Shown here piece by piece: positions 10,031 through 20,519 of a stretch of DNA of 64,000 nt; within the stretch, counting starts at the first letter, position 1; the number at the start of each line of letters is the position of its first letter. The notes under the pieces are model-generated. The model was given only the letters and a program-made list of their open reading frames with translations, searched no databases and was not told the DNA's origin. The stretch covers positions 32,001 to 96,000 of the forward strand of contig OX638340.1 in assembly GCA_951812955.1 (NCBI GenBank), written 5' to 3'. This DNA comes from an uncultured Gemmatimonadota bacterium (GTDB taxonomy: Bacteria > JAAXHH01). Made by a program: the position numbers and the translations under genes.

Positions 10031-11014
10031 CTATGTCGGCGCGCCGTAGGGACTGTCCTGAAACATCGACTTGAGGTCCTGCGCCCACCCCGTGTCCGGC
10101 AGAAAACGGACACAGTCGTTCCAGCCCGATTCGAGACCCGCGCGGAACAGCGGTTCCGCGGAATCCCGCGGCCATGCGCCTATCAACCGGAACAGCGAAG
10201 GCGAATAAGCGGTGGGTCTCTCCAATTTAACCGCTTCCGGCCGGATCATGCAATGGGCGGCTGCCGGGCTCAACCGGTTTCCGTACCGCGCAAGCAACTC
10301 GTCTACCGGTGTTCCGGTATTCGGCGCCGGTTCGCCTTCCGTTAGGTAAAGCAGTCGCAACAGGGGGAGCATGGCCCCATCGGGCAGCGCGTCGTCCGGA
10401 CATTCGAGCAGGGAGGCATAGACCTCGTCGCCTGCATATTCCGAACCCAGGTCACCCAACCGGCCGTACCGGTCGACGATTTCCGGCGGCGCGGCGCACG
10501 GAACCGGCGCCAGGGTCCTTTCCGGAGGCAGCTCCGTTCCGGCGTCCGATGGGAAAACCTCCCGGTAAGCCGAAAGGGTGGCCCGCTTGACCTCGTACGG
10601 GTACATGTCCGGGTGGAAGTCCTGGACGCGGTCCGCGGCGTACGTGAGCCATCCAGGCGCGTATACGGCCTCGTCGCGGTAAAGACCGGCACGGACAGGA
10701 ACCGTGGCCTCTCCAGCCAGGACCCGCAACTCGCCGGGATCCAGGGGCAGGCCGCGGATGGCCCGGTGCGCCACGTCGAACAGTATCGCCACCCTGGACA
10801 GATCATCGTCCTCTTCGAGCCGCAATGTTGATCTAATGATCTTCTCGGCAGCTCTTCCAAGCCTGCCCAACGGTTCCACCACCGTCCAACTGCCCTTGAT
10901 TTCAGACTGACCCCGGCCGATCCAGCCGCCCCTGTTGAACCAGTTCGCGATCGATCGGACGAGCATGATGGCGACCACTACGAAGAGAGCGACGATGAGT
11001 ATGCGTTGGAACAT
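10031..11014 (-). CDS. Hypothetical protein with an N-terminal membrane anchor
   Basis: 327 aa. N-terminal hydrophobic helix MFQRILIVALFVVVAIMLV. No recognisable catalytic motif. Confidence 0.4.
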   Translation of the reverse strand: MFQRILIVALFVVVAIMLVRSIANWFNRGGWIGRGQSEIKGSWTVVEPLGRLGRAAEKIIRSTLRLEEDDDLSRVAILFDVAHRAIRGLPLDPGELRVLAGEATVPVRAGLYRDEAVYAPGWLTYAADRVQDFHPDMYPYEVKRATLSAYREVFPSDAGTELPPERTLAPVPCAAPPEIVDRYGRLGDLGSEYAGDEVYASLLECPDDALPDGAMLPLLRLLYLTEGEPAPNTGTPVDELLARYGNRLSPAAAHCMIRPEAVKLERPTAYSPSLFRLIGAWPRDSAEPLFRAGLESGWNDCVRFLPDTGWAQDLKSMFQDSPYGAPT

Positions 11015-11020
11015 GATGTT

Positions 11021-12196
11021 CTACGGGGCGATTCCCAGCATGTCGACGACGATCCCGCAGTAGGCCCGGGCGACGCGGAGCGTGGATTCGATACTGACGA
11101 ATTCGTTGGCCTGGCAGGTGTTCCCCCCTTCGGGTCCGTACACCAGCGTCGGGATGCCTCCGGTCACGGCAAAATGATTCGTGTCGGCCACGCTTCGCGC
11201 CAGGGCGTAACGCACCGGCCGGCCGAGCTGCTCTTCGACCCGCTTCCTGGCGGACCGGACGAACTTCGAACCGGGATCCACGATATACGGCGCCGGAGCG
11301 GGTGTGGGACGGTCATCCCACGAGACGCGCCACTTCGACTCGATCGACAGGGATTGGATCAGTGCCTCGATATTCTCCACGGCCTGGCCGACCGACTGGC
11401 CGGGCAGAATGTGCCGGTCGAGGACGATCTGCGCGTGTTCCGGTACGAGGATGATGTTCCTCCCACCGCTGATTTCGATTACACAGATCGTACCGCCCAG
11501 GTCGTACTCGTCATTCCATCCCAATTCGATCCGATCCAGCGCGGCAATGATCATGGCCGCGTCATGGACCGCGTTGACGCCTTCGCCCGTGTATGCGGCG
11601 TGCGCCGTCTTGCCCGACAGGTCGATCTTGATCACGTGCCGTCCCCGCGAACCGATGCGGAGTCGGCCGGGCGGCGTGGGTTCGGGTATGAGGCAGCCCT
11701 CGCATCCTTCCAGCAGTCCGCTCTCGATCAGCGCGTGGGCGCCCCGCGACCAGTTCTCCTCGTCCGTCGTGGCGGAGACGATCAGGTCGCCGGAGAGTTC
11801 CGCACCGGACCGCACGATGGCCTCCACCGCGGCGAGCACGGCCGCCGCGCCGGCCTTCATGTCGTGGGCGCCGAGTCCGTATAGACATCCGTCCTTCACC
11901 ACCGGAGACCACGGGTCCGTCTCCCACCCGTCACACGCGTCGAAGGTGTCCTGGTGGAAATTCAGCATGAACGCGCGGCCGTTGCCGCGGCCGGTTATCC
12001 GCGCCGCCAGGCTGTCTCCCGATTCGGCAACCGGAATCCGGCGCACGTCGGCAAGCCCGATCTCCTCCAGGTGTCCGTGGATCATGTCGCCCAGGGCCTT
12101 TTCGTTTCCCGTGACCGATGGCACGGAAACCAGCGCCTCAATCAGTTCCGTAATCCGTTCCGCGGTAATGGTGTTGTAGATGGCGCCTGGGGTCAT
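11021..12196 (-). CDS. M20-family metallopeptidase / deacylase (ArgE/DapE-like)
   Basis: GAHDMKAG motif and HQDTF are typical of the M20 family. Start placed at the internal ATG (MTPGAIYN). Confidence 0.75.
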   Translation of the reverse strand: MTPGAIYNTITAERITELIEALVSVPSVTGNEKALGDMIHGHLEEIGLADVRRIPVAESGDSLAARITGRGNGRAFMLNFHQDTFDACDGWETDPWSPVVKDGCLYGLGAHDMKAGAAAVLAAVEAIVRSGAELSGDLIVSATTDEENWSRGAHALIESGLLEGCEGCLIPEPTPPGRLRIGSRGRHVIKIDLSGKTAHAAYTGEGVNAVHDAAMIIAALDRIELGWNDEYDLGGTICVIEISGGRNIILVPEHAQIVLDRHILPGQSVGQAVENIEALIQSLSIESKWRVSWDDRPTPAPAPYIVDPGSKFVRSARKRVEEQLGRPVRYALARSVADTNHFAVTGGIPTLVYGPEGGNTCQANEFVSIESTLRVARAYCGIVVDMLGIAP

Positions 12197-12295
12197 GTCC
12201 CGTAGTATCGTCTCTGTAGAATTTCGTCCGTATCTGCAGGTCTTTCGCTCATTTTCATGATACAACGTAACGTCCTGTCAGACAAGAGAATTATC

Positions 12296-12324
12296 TTGAC
12301 ATTCAGGGCCCCGATCGTTAGTTA
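12296..12324 (+). promoter_or_regulatory. Candidate sigma70-like promoter upstream of lpdA
   Basis: TTGACA at 12296-12301, a 17-nt spacer, then TAGTTA. GGAG ribosome-binding site at about 12364. Confidence 0.25.
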
Positions 12325-12374
12325 TACCAGCGCTTTCAAGGCATTTCGGGTTCATCTATTTTATGGAGTAAGAC

Positions 12375-13769
12375 ATGGCATCAGCGCACTATGACGTGGC
12401 GGTGGTCGGCGGCGGTCCCGGCGGGTATGTTTCGGCGATTCGCGCCGCCCAGCTCGGATTGAAATCGGTTGTGATTGAAAAGGACAAACCCGGCGGCGTG
12501 TGCCTGAACTGGGGATGCATACCCACCAAGGCGTTGCTCAAGAACGCCGAACTCGTCCTTACCATGCGTCACGGGGAAGACTACGGCATCTCCTGCGACA
12601 ACCTCCGGTTCGACATGGGCAAGGCCGTGCAGCGAAGCCGGAAGGCCGCCAACACGCTCGCCGGCGGCATCAAGTTCCTACTCAAGAAGAACAATGTGGA
12701 TCTCGTCAGCGGCCACGGCCGGCTGGCATCGGCCGATTCCGTCGTAGTAACCGATGCTGGGGGTGAAACGCAGACCTTAAAGGCCCGTTCGGTCATTCTC
12801 GCGACGGGTTCGCGGTCCAAGGCCATCCCCGCCGTCCCCGTGGACGGAGAGCGTATCATCACCAGTACGGAAGCCATGCTGATCGAAGAACCGCCCGTTT
12901 CGATGACCATTATCGGAGGCGGCGCGATCGGCGTGGAGTTCGCCTACTATTACGCTGCCTACGGGACGAAGGTCACCATCGTCGAAATGCTGCCCCACCT
13001 CCTGCCCGTGGAAGACGAAGAGATCAGTGAAACGCTGGAGAAGAGCTTCGCGAAGCTGGGTATCGAAATCAAGACCGGGGCGCGTGTCGAAACGGCCGAA
13101 TCGGGTCCGGACGGAACGGCCGTGACCGTTACCGTCAACGGGGAACAGGAGACCCTGAAGGCCGACGTTACGCTGCTGGCCATAGGACGCGACGCGAACG
13201 TCGAGGATATAGGGCTGCAGGAACTCGGCGTGGAGACCGACAGAGGTTTCATCAAGGTGGATGAAAACTGTCAGACGTCGGTATCCGGTGTATACGCCAT
13301 CGGCGACGTCACGGGACCGCCCCTCCTCGCCCACAAGGCCTCTGCGGAAGGGATCAACCTGGTGGAACGGCTCGCGGGCCATTCAGCCCCGCCCATCGAT
13401 CGGGGAAACATCCCCGCGTGCACCTATTGCCAACCCCAGGTAGCCAGTGTCGGACTTACCGAAGCCCAGGCCGCAGAAGAACGCGAAATCCAGGTGTTCC
13501 GCATGCCCTACCGCTCCAGCGGCAAGGCCGTGGCCGTCGGGCAGACGGACGGCATGGTCAAGCTGATCGCTGACGCAAAGTACGGCGAGATACTCGGCGC
13601 GCACATCATCGGCGCGGACGCCACCGAACTGATCGCGGAGATCTGCACCGCGCGCACGTTGGAATCGACCACCCGGGAACTGCACAAGACCATACACGCC
13701 CACCCCACGCTGTCGGAACTGGTCATGGAAGCCGCCGCCGGGATGGAAGGCGCCGCGATCCACATCTAG
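12375..13769 (+). CDS. lpdA: Dihydrolipoyl dehydrogenase (E3 component)
   Basis: GGGPGGY FAD-binding motif, the redox-active disulfide motif CLNWGCIPTK, and the C-terminal HAHPTLSE motif. Confidence 0.9.
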   Translation: MASAHYDVAVVGGGPGGYVSAIRAAQLGLKSVVIEKDKPGGVCLNWGCIPTKALLKNAELVLTMRHGEDYGISCDNLRFDMGKAVQRSRKAANTLAGGIKFLLKKNNVDLVSGHGRLASADSVVVTDAGGETQTLKARSVILATGSRSKAIPAVPVDGERIITSTEAMLIEEPPVSMTIIGGGAIGVEFAYYYAAYGTKVTIVEMLPHLLPVEDEEISETLEKSFAKLGIEIKTGARVETAESGPDGTAVTVTVNGEQETLKADVTLLAIGRDANVEDIGLQELGVETDRGFIKVDENCQTSVSGVYAIGDVTGPPLLAHKASAEGINLVERLAGHSAPPIDRGNIPACTYCQPQVASVGLTEAQAAEEREIQVFRMPYRSSGKAVAVGQTDGMVKLIADAKYGEILGAHIIGADATELIAEICTARTLESTTRELHKTIHAHPTLSELVMEAAAGMEGAAIHI

Positions 13770-13866
13770 GATACCCGCGGTCAACCCGCGCTTCGATCCG
13801 TTCCGTTTCCGCGGGGGCTGGCGCGTCGCCCGATGACGGCCTCCACAGGCCAGGGCGGGTTCGACC

Positions 13867-16398
13867 ATGATACTCGGAAAACCGCCATACGCGGCCCGGA
13901 TGCGTAGCAAATCCCCTTTCCTGGCCGGCGTGTTGTTCTCCGCCTGCGTCTTCATCTCCGGAGTCGCGGGACAGGGGTGCGATTCCGGTTCCGAGCCTCA
14001 CCTGAACAGACTGGCCGGAGAAGCAAGCCCCTATCTGCGCGGCCATGCCCGGAACCCGGTGGATTGGTATCCGTGGGGCGCGGAAGCGATCGGACGCGCC
14101 CGCCGGGAGGGGAGGCCCATCTTCCTTTCCATCGGTTACTCGACCTGCCACTGGTGCCACGTCATGGAACGCAGGGTGTTTTCCGACCCCGGTATCGCCG
14201 CTTTCATGAATGCCCATTTCGTGAACATTAAGGTGGACCGCGAAGAACGCCCCGATGTAGATGAGATCTACATGGCGGCCACCCAGCTCATCACGGGCGG
14301 CGGCGGCTGGCCCAATTCGGTGTTCCTTACACCGGAACTCGAACCGTTTTTCGCCGGTACGTATTTCCCGCCGGAGGACCTGCCCGGCCGGCCCGGTTTC
14401 CCCCGGGTGCTGAACCTGTTGAAGGAGGCGTGGGACGCCCGCAGGGATGACCTGGTCGGACAGGCAGGCCGAGTGGCGGAAGCGATCCGGTCGCTTCAGC
14501 GCGACCAGGTCGCAGGAGACGGGACGGCGGTCCTGGACGAAGGAATACTCTCCGGTGCCCAATCGCACCTGAAAACGCGATACGATGCCGAAAACGGAGG
14601 ATTCGGCCCTGCGCCCAAGTTCCCGGCCCCTTTGCGAATTGAACTGGCGCTGAAAGAATACGAACGCACCGGCGACGGATCCCTGCTGTCCATGGCCACC
14701 CATACGCTGGACGTCATGATGAACGGCGGACTGTACGACCACGTGGGCGGCGGATTTCACCGGTATGCTACAGATTCCGGGTGGCGCATTCCCCACTTCG
14801 AAAAGATGTTGTATAACCAGGCAGACCTGGCCCGTGTCTACCTGCTGGCCTTCGAAATTACCGGCGAAACAGCCTACCGGGCCGTAGCCGAAGACGTGCT
14901 CGCCTTCGTCCAACGGGAGATGCGGGACCCCGGGAGCGCTTTCTATACCGCTGTGGATTCCGAGACCGACACCGTTGAAGGGCGTTACTACCTCTGGTCC
15001 GAGGAGGATATCAGGAAAACGCTTGGCGCAGACGCGGACGTCTTTCTGACACACTACGGCCTGGCGCCCATTTCCGGGACGGTCGCCGGAATCCCTGCCG
15101 TGGGTGACGTGGAAGGTGACGCGGTGGGCGTCGTGGATGGAGGCACGATAGGAGACGCGGAAGGAGATGCAGATGGTGACGCGGATGGTATCACCGGCGC
15201 GGGTGTCCTGTACGTAAGAACGGATAGGGATTCGGTCGGACCGCCCGACGGCCTGGATGAGCTGCGTGAAACGCTCCGATCGGCGCGTTCGAACCGAAAG
15301 CCTCCCGTGGTGGACACCAAGGTAATCACGGCCTGGAACGGCCAGATGATCGACGCCTTCGCCTACGCGGGGCTCGTGACGGACAACGGGCGTTACGTCG
15401 ACACAGCGGCGCGGGCCGCGGACTTCATCCTCGACCGCCTCTGGGACGACGGGTCCGGCCTCCACCGGATCTACCTGGAAGGAGCGGTTCATCGGGAAGC
15501 ATTTCAGGAGGACTACGCCTGCCTGATCCAGGGCCTGCAGAGACTGCATGAGGTCAGTGCGGAGCCGCGTTGGCTCGCCGCGGCCGAAATGCTCACGAAC
15601 CGGATGAACGAACGCTTCTGGGATACCGAGCGGGGCGGGTACTTCTTCGCGGAAGGCGGAGAATACCAGATCGTTCGCACGCGAAACGCCTTTGATGGCG
15701 CACGGGCATCCGGGAACGGCATGGCCGCCCGGTCACTGGTCTCAATGGCGCGCCTCACCGGCGACTATCGGTACCGGGCGCGAGCCGCACGCCTGTTCAA
15801 CGCATATGCTTCGTCGATGCATGAGATCCCCGGCCGGTTTACCTCCATGATCCTTGCGCTGCGGGACTATCTACACGACGAACGGATTCCGGTACAAATG
15901 GCTGGCGCGGATGGAGGGTCCCCCGCCGGGGAGCACGGGCGGAACGGAAGGACAGGCCCGGGAGAGGGGACGGACCCTTCGGGTGCGGGATTCGGCGGCG
16001 AACCAAAGGTCGTGGCCCGGCTGAGCGTCGTGGCGGGCCCGCGCGAGGAATCCTTCAACGCGACCGTATCGATCTCCATCGAGGACGGTTGGCACATTAA
16101 TGGCAATACGACTTCTGTCCCGGGACTGGTTCCCACGGCCCTTACTTTCAACGCGGATATCCCCATCGAGGCCGCCGCGATTTCTTACCCACCGGCTGAG
16201 ACGATGCGGTTCGCATTTGCCGACGCCCCGCTGGAGGTCTATCGTGGCGACGTCCGGCTGGGTGCCGATATCGATGTGGATCCCGGGTCCCTGGCGGAAG
16301 GCATGCTACTCTACGCGACCCTCTACTACCAGCCCTGCGACGACGCCGTGTGCCTCGAGCCGGCGGAGATCACGATGTCGGCCCCGATGCATCCGTGA
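13867..16398 (+). CDS. Thioredoxin-like DUF255/YyaL-family protein with a signal peptide, a Gly/Asp-rich insertion and a C-terminal DsbD-alpha-like domain
   Basis: [18 protein letters not shown] thioredoxin-like CxxC region. The central region is consistent with a GlcNAc 2-epimerase-like fold. C-terminus has HINGN...PT and [13 protein letters not shown], resembling the DsbD N-terminal domain. Confidence 0.65.
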   Translation: MILGKPPYAARMRSKSPFLAGVLFSACVFISGVAGQGCDSGSEPHLNRLAGEASPYLRGHARNPVDWYPWGAEAIGRARREGRPIFLSIGYSTCHWCHVMERRVFSDPGIAAFMNAHFVNIKVDREERPDVDEIYMAATQLITGGGGWPNSVFLTPELEPFFAGTYFPPEDLPGRPGFPRVLNLLKEAWDARRDDLVGQAGRVAEAIRSLQRDQVAGDGTAVLDEGILSGAQSHLKTRYDAENGGFGPAPKFPAPLRIELALKEYERTGDGSLLSMATHTLDVMMNGGLYDHVGGGFHRYATDSGWRIPHFEKMLYNQADLARVYLLAFEITGETAYRAVAEDVLAFVQREMRDPGSAFYTAVDSETDTVEGRYYLWSEEDIRKTLGADADVFLTHYGLAPISGTVAGIPAVGDVEGDAVGVVDGGTIGDAEGDADGDADGITGAGVLYVRTDRDSVGPPDGLDELRETLRSARSNRKPPVVDTKVITAWNGQMIDAFAYAGLVTDNGRYVDTAARAADFILDRLWDDGSGLHRIYLEGAVHREAFQEDYACLIQGLQRLHEVSAEPRWLAAAEMLTNRMNERFWDTERGGYFFAEGGEYQIVRTRNAFDGARASGNGMAARSLVSMARLTGDYRYRARAARLFNAYASSMHEIPGRFTSMILALRDYLHDERIPVQMAGADGGSPAGEHGRNGRTGPGEGTDPSGAGFGGEPKVVARLSVVAGPREESFNATVSISIEDGWHINGNTTSVPGLVPTALTFNADIPIEAAAISYPPAETMRFAFADAPLEVYRGDVRLGADIDVDPGSLAEGMLLYATLYYQPCDDAVCLEPAEITMSAPMHP

Positions 16399-16536
16399 TC
16401 GGGTTGAAGTGATCCGCAAGGAGAGTCCGGCACCGGGAGCGCGGGAGGATCGAGCGCGCCGGGAGCGCGGGAAAGAAGTTGCCGGATCCCCATGTACCGG
16501 TGTACAGTACAGGGATAACCGGGCGCGCATGAGGTT

Positions 16537-18330
16537 TTGGAACATCGCGATCCACGACCCGCGCCAGAGGTATATACCGTCACGTGGCCCCTTCCGGTCA
16601 CTTCGCCTTACGTACGAACCGCCATGTCTGAAACGAACTTTGATCCCGATCCGCGGCTGAGCGCGCCGATGCGCCGGCATCTCCGTACCCTCGATCTGGA
16701 TACGGTGGATGCCTACAGGAACTGGTGCCGTGAAAACGGATTCAACGCCCGCCTGAACAAGACTCTGCCACAGCGCCGAAAGGAACTGGCCTCGGCGCGG
16801 AGGACCACGAAACAGCATCGGATCGATTCCGAACTCGAGGCGCATATCCGTGCGCTGGCTCTCGGCACGATCGCGGAGTACCAGGCCTGGTGCCGGACGC
16901 ATGGCGTGGGAGACGGCCTTCAGAAGAGCAAGGCCCAGCGGCGCCAGGAGATCACGCTTGCGCGGCAGTCGCGAAACCGCGAGTTCGCCGAGCGGTCGAC
17001 CACCAGCCAGCACAGGCGTCGCCGAAAGGACATGTTGAAACGGATCGCCGCCGGTGAGATCGGCGACATGGAGCTCACCAGCCCCGTTCTGCTCAGGGTG
17101 CATCACCTCTTTCACAACGCGCCGTTCGATCCGGAGGCCAGGACGGCCTTCCTGTCGCTTCTTCTGCACGTCGAAAAACATGGAAGACTTTTTCATATCA
17201 AACCCGCCGTGCCTCAATACGGGCCGCAGCCGTACAACAATTTCGTGGACGGACTCGCGTCGCTGGCCGCCTGGCATGACCGCTGGATCCGGAAGGTCGA
17301 GGACTGGAAACCGGATAGCCACAACGGAAGGCGGCAGTTCGGCGCGTTGGCGCGCCATCTCCTGGCCGAATACGACGTGCCGTCGTGCATGGATACGGCG
17401 TACTTCACCGGATTGGATCCAGGCGCGAGAATCCGGCAGGGTTGGTTCGTTCACGTCGGTGGAGGCAAGAACATCAGGAAGGCTTCCATTCCGTTGCGAT
17501 TTACGAAGCGCATGGCCCACGAATTCATCGTTTCCGCCCCGTCTCAATACACGGTGGACGCGGCCCTTCGCTGGGCACAGGTGATCGGGATGGGAGGAGA
17601 CGACCTGTTAGCGGAGGCGGTCTGCGACTCGATGCTTGGGGAAGCGGTCGGGGAGGAGCCTTTCTGGGAGACCGTCCTGCACTTTTTCGTGAACAATCCC
17701 ATGCTCGACGTGGCGCATGTCGGTCCGATCATCGATTATGTCCATCACCAGCGGCATGTCGGTCAGGAGCGGCGGAATCCGGACGGAAGCGTTCGTCTCA
17801 TCGATCCCCCCGATCCGGATTTCACCATGAAGGGCCGTACGCCCGAATCCATGTTGCGGCGGGTGGAAGCCTGGCACGCCTCGATATCCAAGGCCTCGGT
17901 GAAGACGCCCAGAACCTGGCCGTCGTCCGGGATCCAGGGATTCGAGTGGGTGGATGAGGACGAAAGGGCGGGCGAGATCCGCAATTGGGCGATCGAGGAG
18001 GTTCTCAACGAACGGGCCCTATCGGAAGAGGGCAAGGCCATGCGGCATTGCGTGGCCACCTACAGGACCTCGTGCGCCAACGGCCACCGGTCCATCTGGT
18101 CATTGAAGGTGAGTTACACGAGTTCCGGCACCGTTCGCCGCGTCCTGACCATAGAACTGATCAATAACAGGAGGTACATCCGGCAGGTGCGCGGCAAAAG
18201 CAATTCCCGGCCCCTGGACGCCCACAGCGGTCGCGCCCAGGAAGGGTGGGACGTATTGCTCCGGTGGGCAAACCAGGAAGGCCTGACGCTACCTAGGGAA
18301 GGGTCGCCGTTCATGAGGAGATTGCATTAG
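16537..18330 (+). CDS. Hypothetical protein with two N-terminal repeats of about 50 aa (YxxWCRxxG...QRRxEl)
   Basis: 597 aa. The repeats are DAYRNWCRENGF...QRRKELASAR and AEYQAWCRTHGV...QRRQEITLAR. The true start may be the internal ATG at about 16624. Confidence 0.45.
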   Translation: MEHRDPRPAPEVYTVTWPLPVTSPYVRTAMSETNFDPDPRLSAPMRRHLRTLDLDTVDAYRNWCRENGFNARLNKTLPQRRKELASARRTTKQHRIDSELEAHIRALALGTIAEYQAWCRTHGVGDGLQKSKAQRRQEITLARQSRNREFAERSTTSQHRRRRKDMLKRIAAGEIGDMELTSPVLLRVHHLFHNAPFDPEARTAFLSLLLHVEKHGRLFHIKPAVPQYGPQPYNNFVDGLASLAAWHDRWIRKVEDWKPDSHNGRRQFGALARHLLAEYDVPSCMDTAYFTGLDPGARIRQGWFVHVGGGKNIRKASIPLRFTKRMAHEFIVSAPSQYTVDAALRWAQVIGMGGDDLLAEAVCDSMLGEAVGEEPFWETVLHFFVNNPMLDVAHVGPIIDYVHHQRHVGQERRNPDGSVRLIDPPDPDFTMKGRTPESMLRRVEAWHASISKASVKTPRTWPSSGIQGFEWVDEDERAGEIRNWAIEEVLNERALSEEGKAMRHCVATYRTSCANGHRSIWSLKVSYTSSGTVRRVLTIELINNRRYIRQVRGKSNSRPLDAHSGRAQEGWDVLLRWANQEGLTLPREGSPFMRRLH

Positions 18331-18337
18331 ACGTGTA

Positions 18338-18391
18338 AAGCGACGGCATATGGGCGGCCGCGTTGGAAGCGGCAAGGTATGCCGTCGCTTT
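18338..18391 (+). terminator. Perfect 14-bp inverted repeat (aaagcgacggcata / tatgccgtcgcttt) with a 26-nt loop, 8 nt past the stop of the 597-aa gene; no T-tract
   Basis: Read directly from the sequence. Confidence 0.3.
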
Positions 18392-18569
18392 GTGATTGGG
18401 TATGCTCCCGCGGGGCGCCGGAGTCATACCGAATCCTTTGACCATTGGCAGGCAATCGATCGTGCCCGTGATGCGATCACAGGTCTCGTTTCCTGCCCTG
18501 TACTACACCATTAGACGCCGAAATGCAAAAAAAGATGCACTAAATCGCTCATCGGGCACCTGATCCCGC

Positions 18570-19130
18570 ATGCGCCAATCCAGGGACCTTTCGGGAATGC
18601 CATATATCGAATCAATAACCTTTCTCGCCGCGATCACAGGCTTTGCCGGGTTGACCGCAAATATGGTCCTGGTCGCGGCAAACCGCCACCGGCGATATCA
18701 CATGATTCCGGTCGCTCTGATCGTTTTCGCCCATGTCCTTCTCGTCTGGCACTTCAGGTACGAATGGGAGATCGCCCAGGCCACGAGAAACGGCTACGCG
18801 GGGTTCGTGATATTTCATACCGCCCTGCTGGGCATCCTGTCCGCCCCGCTGGTCGGAAGCCGGCTGGCAAGGCGGCTCGTGGCCTTCTCGTTCTGCGTCG
18901 CCGCCATGGGCGCCAGCGGAGCCGTACTGCGCTACGAAGAAGTGGCGATCTATCGCCTGCCGGTTCTTGTTTTCGACCTCGCGGGACTAACCGCGCTGGC
19001 CTATTGGATGTTCAGGCCATGCGGACCAGCGAACGAGTTTTACAGACGGTATTTTGGCGTGAACCGGTACGAAAGGGAACCGGGCCGCAGCGTAGGGGCT
19101 GAAAACCGGCAAAACGACCGGGGAGACTGA
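18570..19130 (+). CDS. Hypothetical integral membrane protein
   Basis: 186 aa with about 5 hydrophobic helices. Confidence 0.4.
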   Translation: MRQSRDLSGMPYIESITFLAAITGFAGLTANMVLVAANRHRRYHMIPVALIVFAHVLLVWHFRYEWEIAQATRNGYAGFVIFHTALLGILSAPLVGSRLARRLVAFSFCVAAMGASGAVLRYEEVAIYRLPVLVFDLAGLTALAYWMFRPCGPANEFYRRYFGVNRYEREPGRSVGAENRQNDRGD

Positions 19131-19162
19131 ATCGACCACAGCGATCCGGGAGGGGATGCTAG

Positions 19163-19972
19163 ATGATGAACCTGGCTGAACAGAAGGCCTTTTTCGAGGA
19201 AGAGGGATACCTGATCGTCGAGGACCTGCTGTCGGAAGACGAATTGGCCGGATGCCGCGAGGAAATCGAACGGCTGCACCGGTTTTCCGCGGAACTCGAG
19301 GCCGCCGGCGATCCGAGATCTTCGCGTTTCCAGCGCGAACCCTACGCGAAGGGCGCCAACCGTGCGGACGGCCTGCCCGTGCTTCGGAAAATCGAAAACA
19401 CGCGGGAAACCTCGGCGTTTTTTCGCGATCTCTCCGTCCATCCGAACCTGCTTAGCGTGGTGGGAGGGCTGCTCGGTCCCGACCTGCTGCTGTTCCGAAG
19501 CACCCTGATGCTCAAGCCGGCTTTTCACGGCTCCGCACACGCGCCGCACCAGGATTCGGCCTACTGGCCGATAGAACCACCCGTGCTCGTAACCGTCAGC
19601 ATTGCCCTGAACGATGCCACGACCGAGAACGGCTGTTTCTACGTCATCCCCCGAAGCCATACCTGGGGCATGAAAGACTGGGGACATATCGCACAGGCGC
19701 AGGATACGGAGCCGGCGCATGGGCACGACTTGAAGGAGGCGCCCCAGCTCGAGGTGCCGCTGAAGGCTGGAAGCGCGCTGTTTTTCCACAGCCTGATGGT
19801 GCACGGATCCGGTCCCAACAGGTCTCCCGATCCACGCAATACGGCGCTTTACGCCTACTTTCCGCCCGGCGTCCGCTACGTTCCGGGGGAAGGCAGCCCC
19901 AGGGTGAAAACCTATCCGGTGGCGTGCGGTCTGGACGGAAAGAAGACCTTCACGCTTGAGGCCGCGGGTTAG
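19163..19972 (+). CDS. Phytanoyl-CoA dioxygenase (PhyH) family Fe(II)/2OG oxygenase
   Basis: N-terminal FFEEEGYLIVEDLL, HQDSAYW (HxD) and HGSGPN motifs. Confidence 0.8.
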   Translation: MMNLAEQKAFFEEEGYLIVEDLLSEDELAGCREEIERLHRFSAELEAAGDPRSSRFQREPYAKGANRADGLPVLRKIENTRETSAFFRDLSVHPNLLSVVGGLLGPDLLLFRSTLMLKPAFHGSAHAPHQDSAYWPIEPPVLVTVSIALNDATTENGCFYVIPRSHTWGMKDWGHIAQAQDTEPAHGHDLKEAPQLEVPLKAGSALFFHSLMVHGSGPNRSPDPRNTALYAYFPPGVRYVPGEGSPRVKTYPVACGLDGKKTFTLEAAG

Positions 19973-20519
19973 GGTCGTATTCCGGTTCCGTTACGGCCAT
20001 GCTTGCCTACAAACACACATTTATCGATTTATAGTTCCGGTTACAATAAAAATAAACTATATTATAATTATAAATCACATTTAATGATGGCATCCCGGGT
20101 CCGAAGCGGAACGCCATGGCGAGGGCGATTGGCAGGCAAACCAAGCTCCCGCAATGGATGCCGTCCTTATCGGTTCGTTTTCCTGAGACCAGTCAGCACC
20201 GAGTCGGGGAGATTTCATGCGAAACACAGAAGCGCAACAGATCAACGCGGCACTGAATGAATTGCGTGGAGAACTACGCGAGGTAGTCATCCTGTTGTCG
20301 ACGATAGCCAGGTACATAGACGATTTCCGGTACGAGACGCACAAGTTGAACCGGTACTTGCGGAGAATCCCCCGCGAAGATCAGTCCGGGGCCTGACCCG
20401 CGGTTCCAAGCTGTCCGCGCTGCAGGTGCGCCCCCGTGCTGACCGTGCGATCCATGGAACCCTTGCCGTCCTTGCCCGTCCTTGCCGTCCAGACGATACG
20501 CACCTTCCGTGAGCTTCCT

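Noticed and set aside
13723-15549. 608-aa minus-strand ORF antisense to the DUF255 gene
   Set aside because: No recognisable motifs and Arg/Gly/Pro-rich composition typical of antisense frames in high-GC DNA. The plus-strand gene has clear thioredoxin-like homology.
16306-17547. 413-aa minus-strand ORF opposite the 597-aa repeat protein, and the 1150..1617 and 50574..51668 ORFs opposite the antiporter and accC
   Set aside because: Antisense, with low-complexity Arg/Gly/Pro composition and no motifs.
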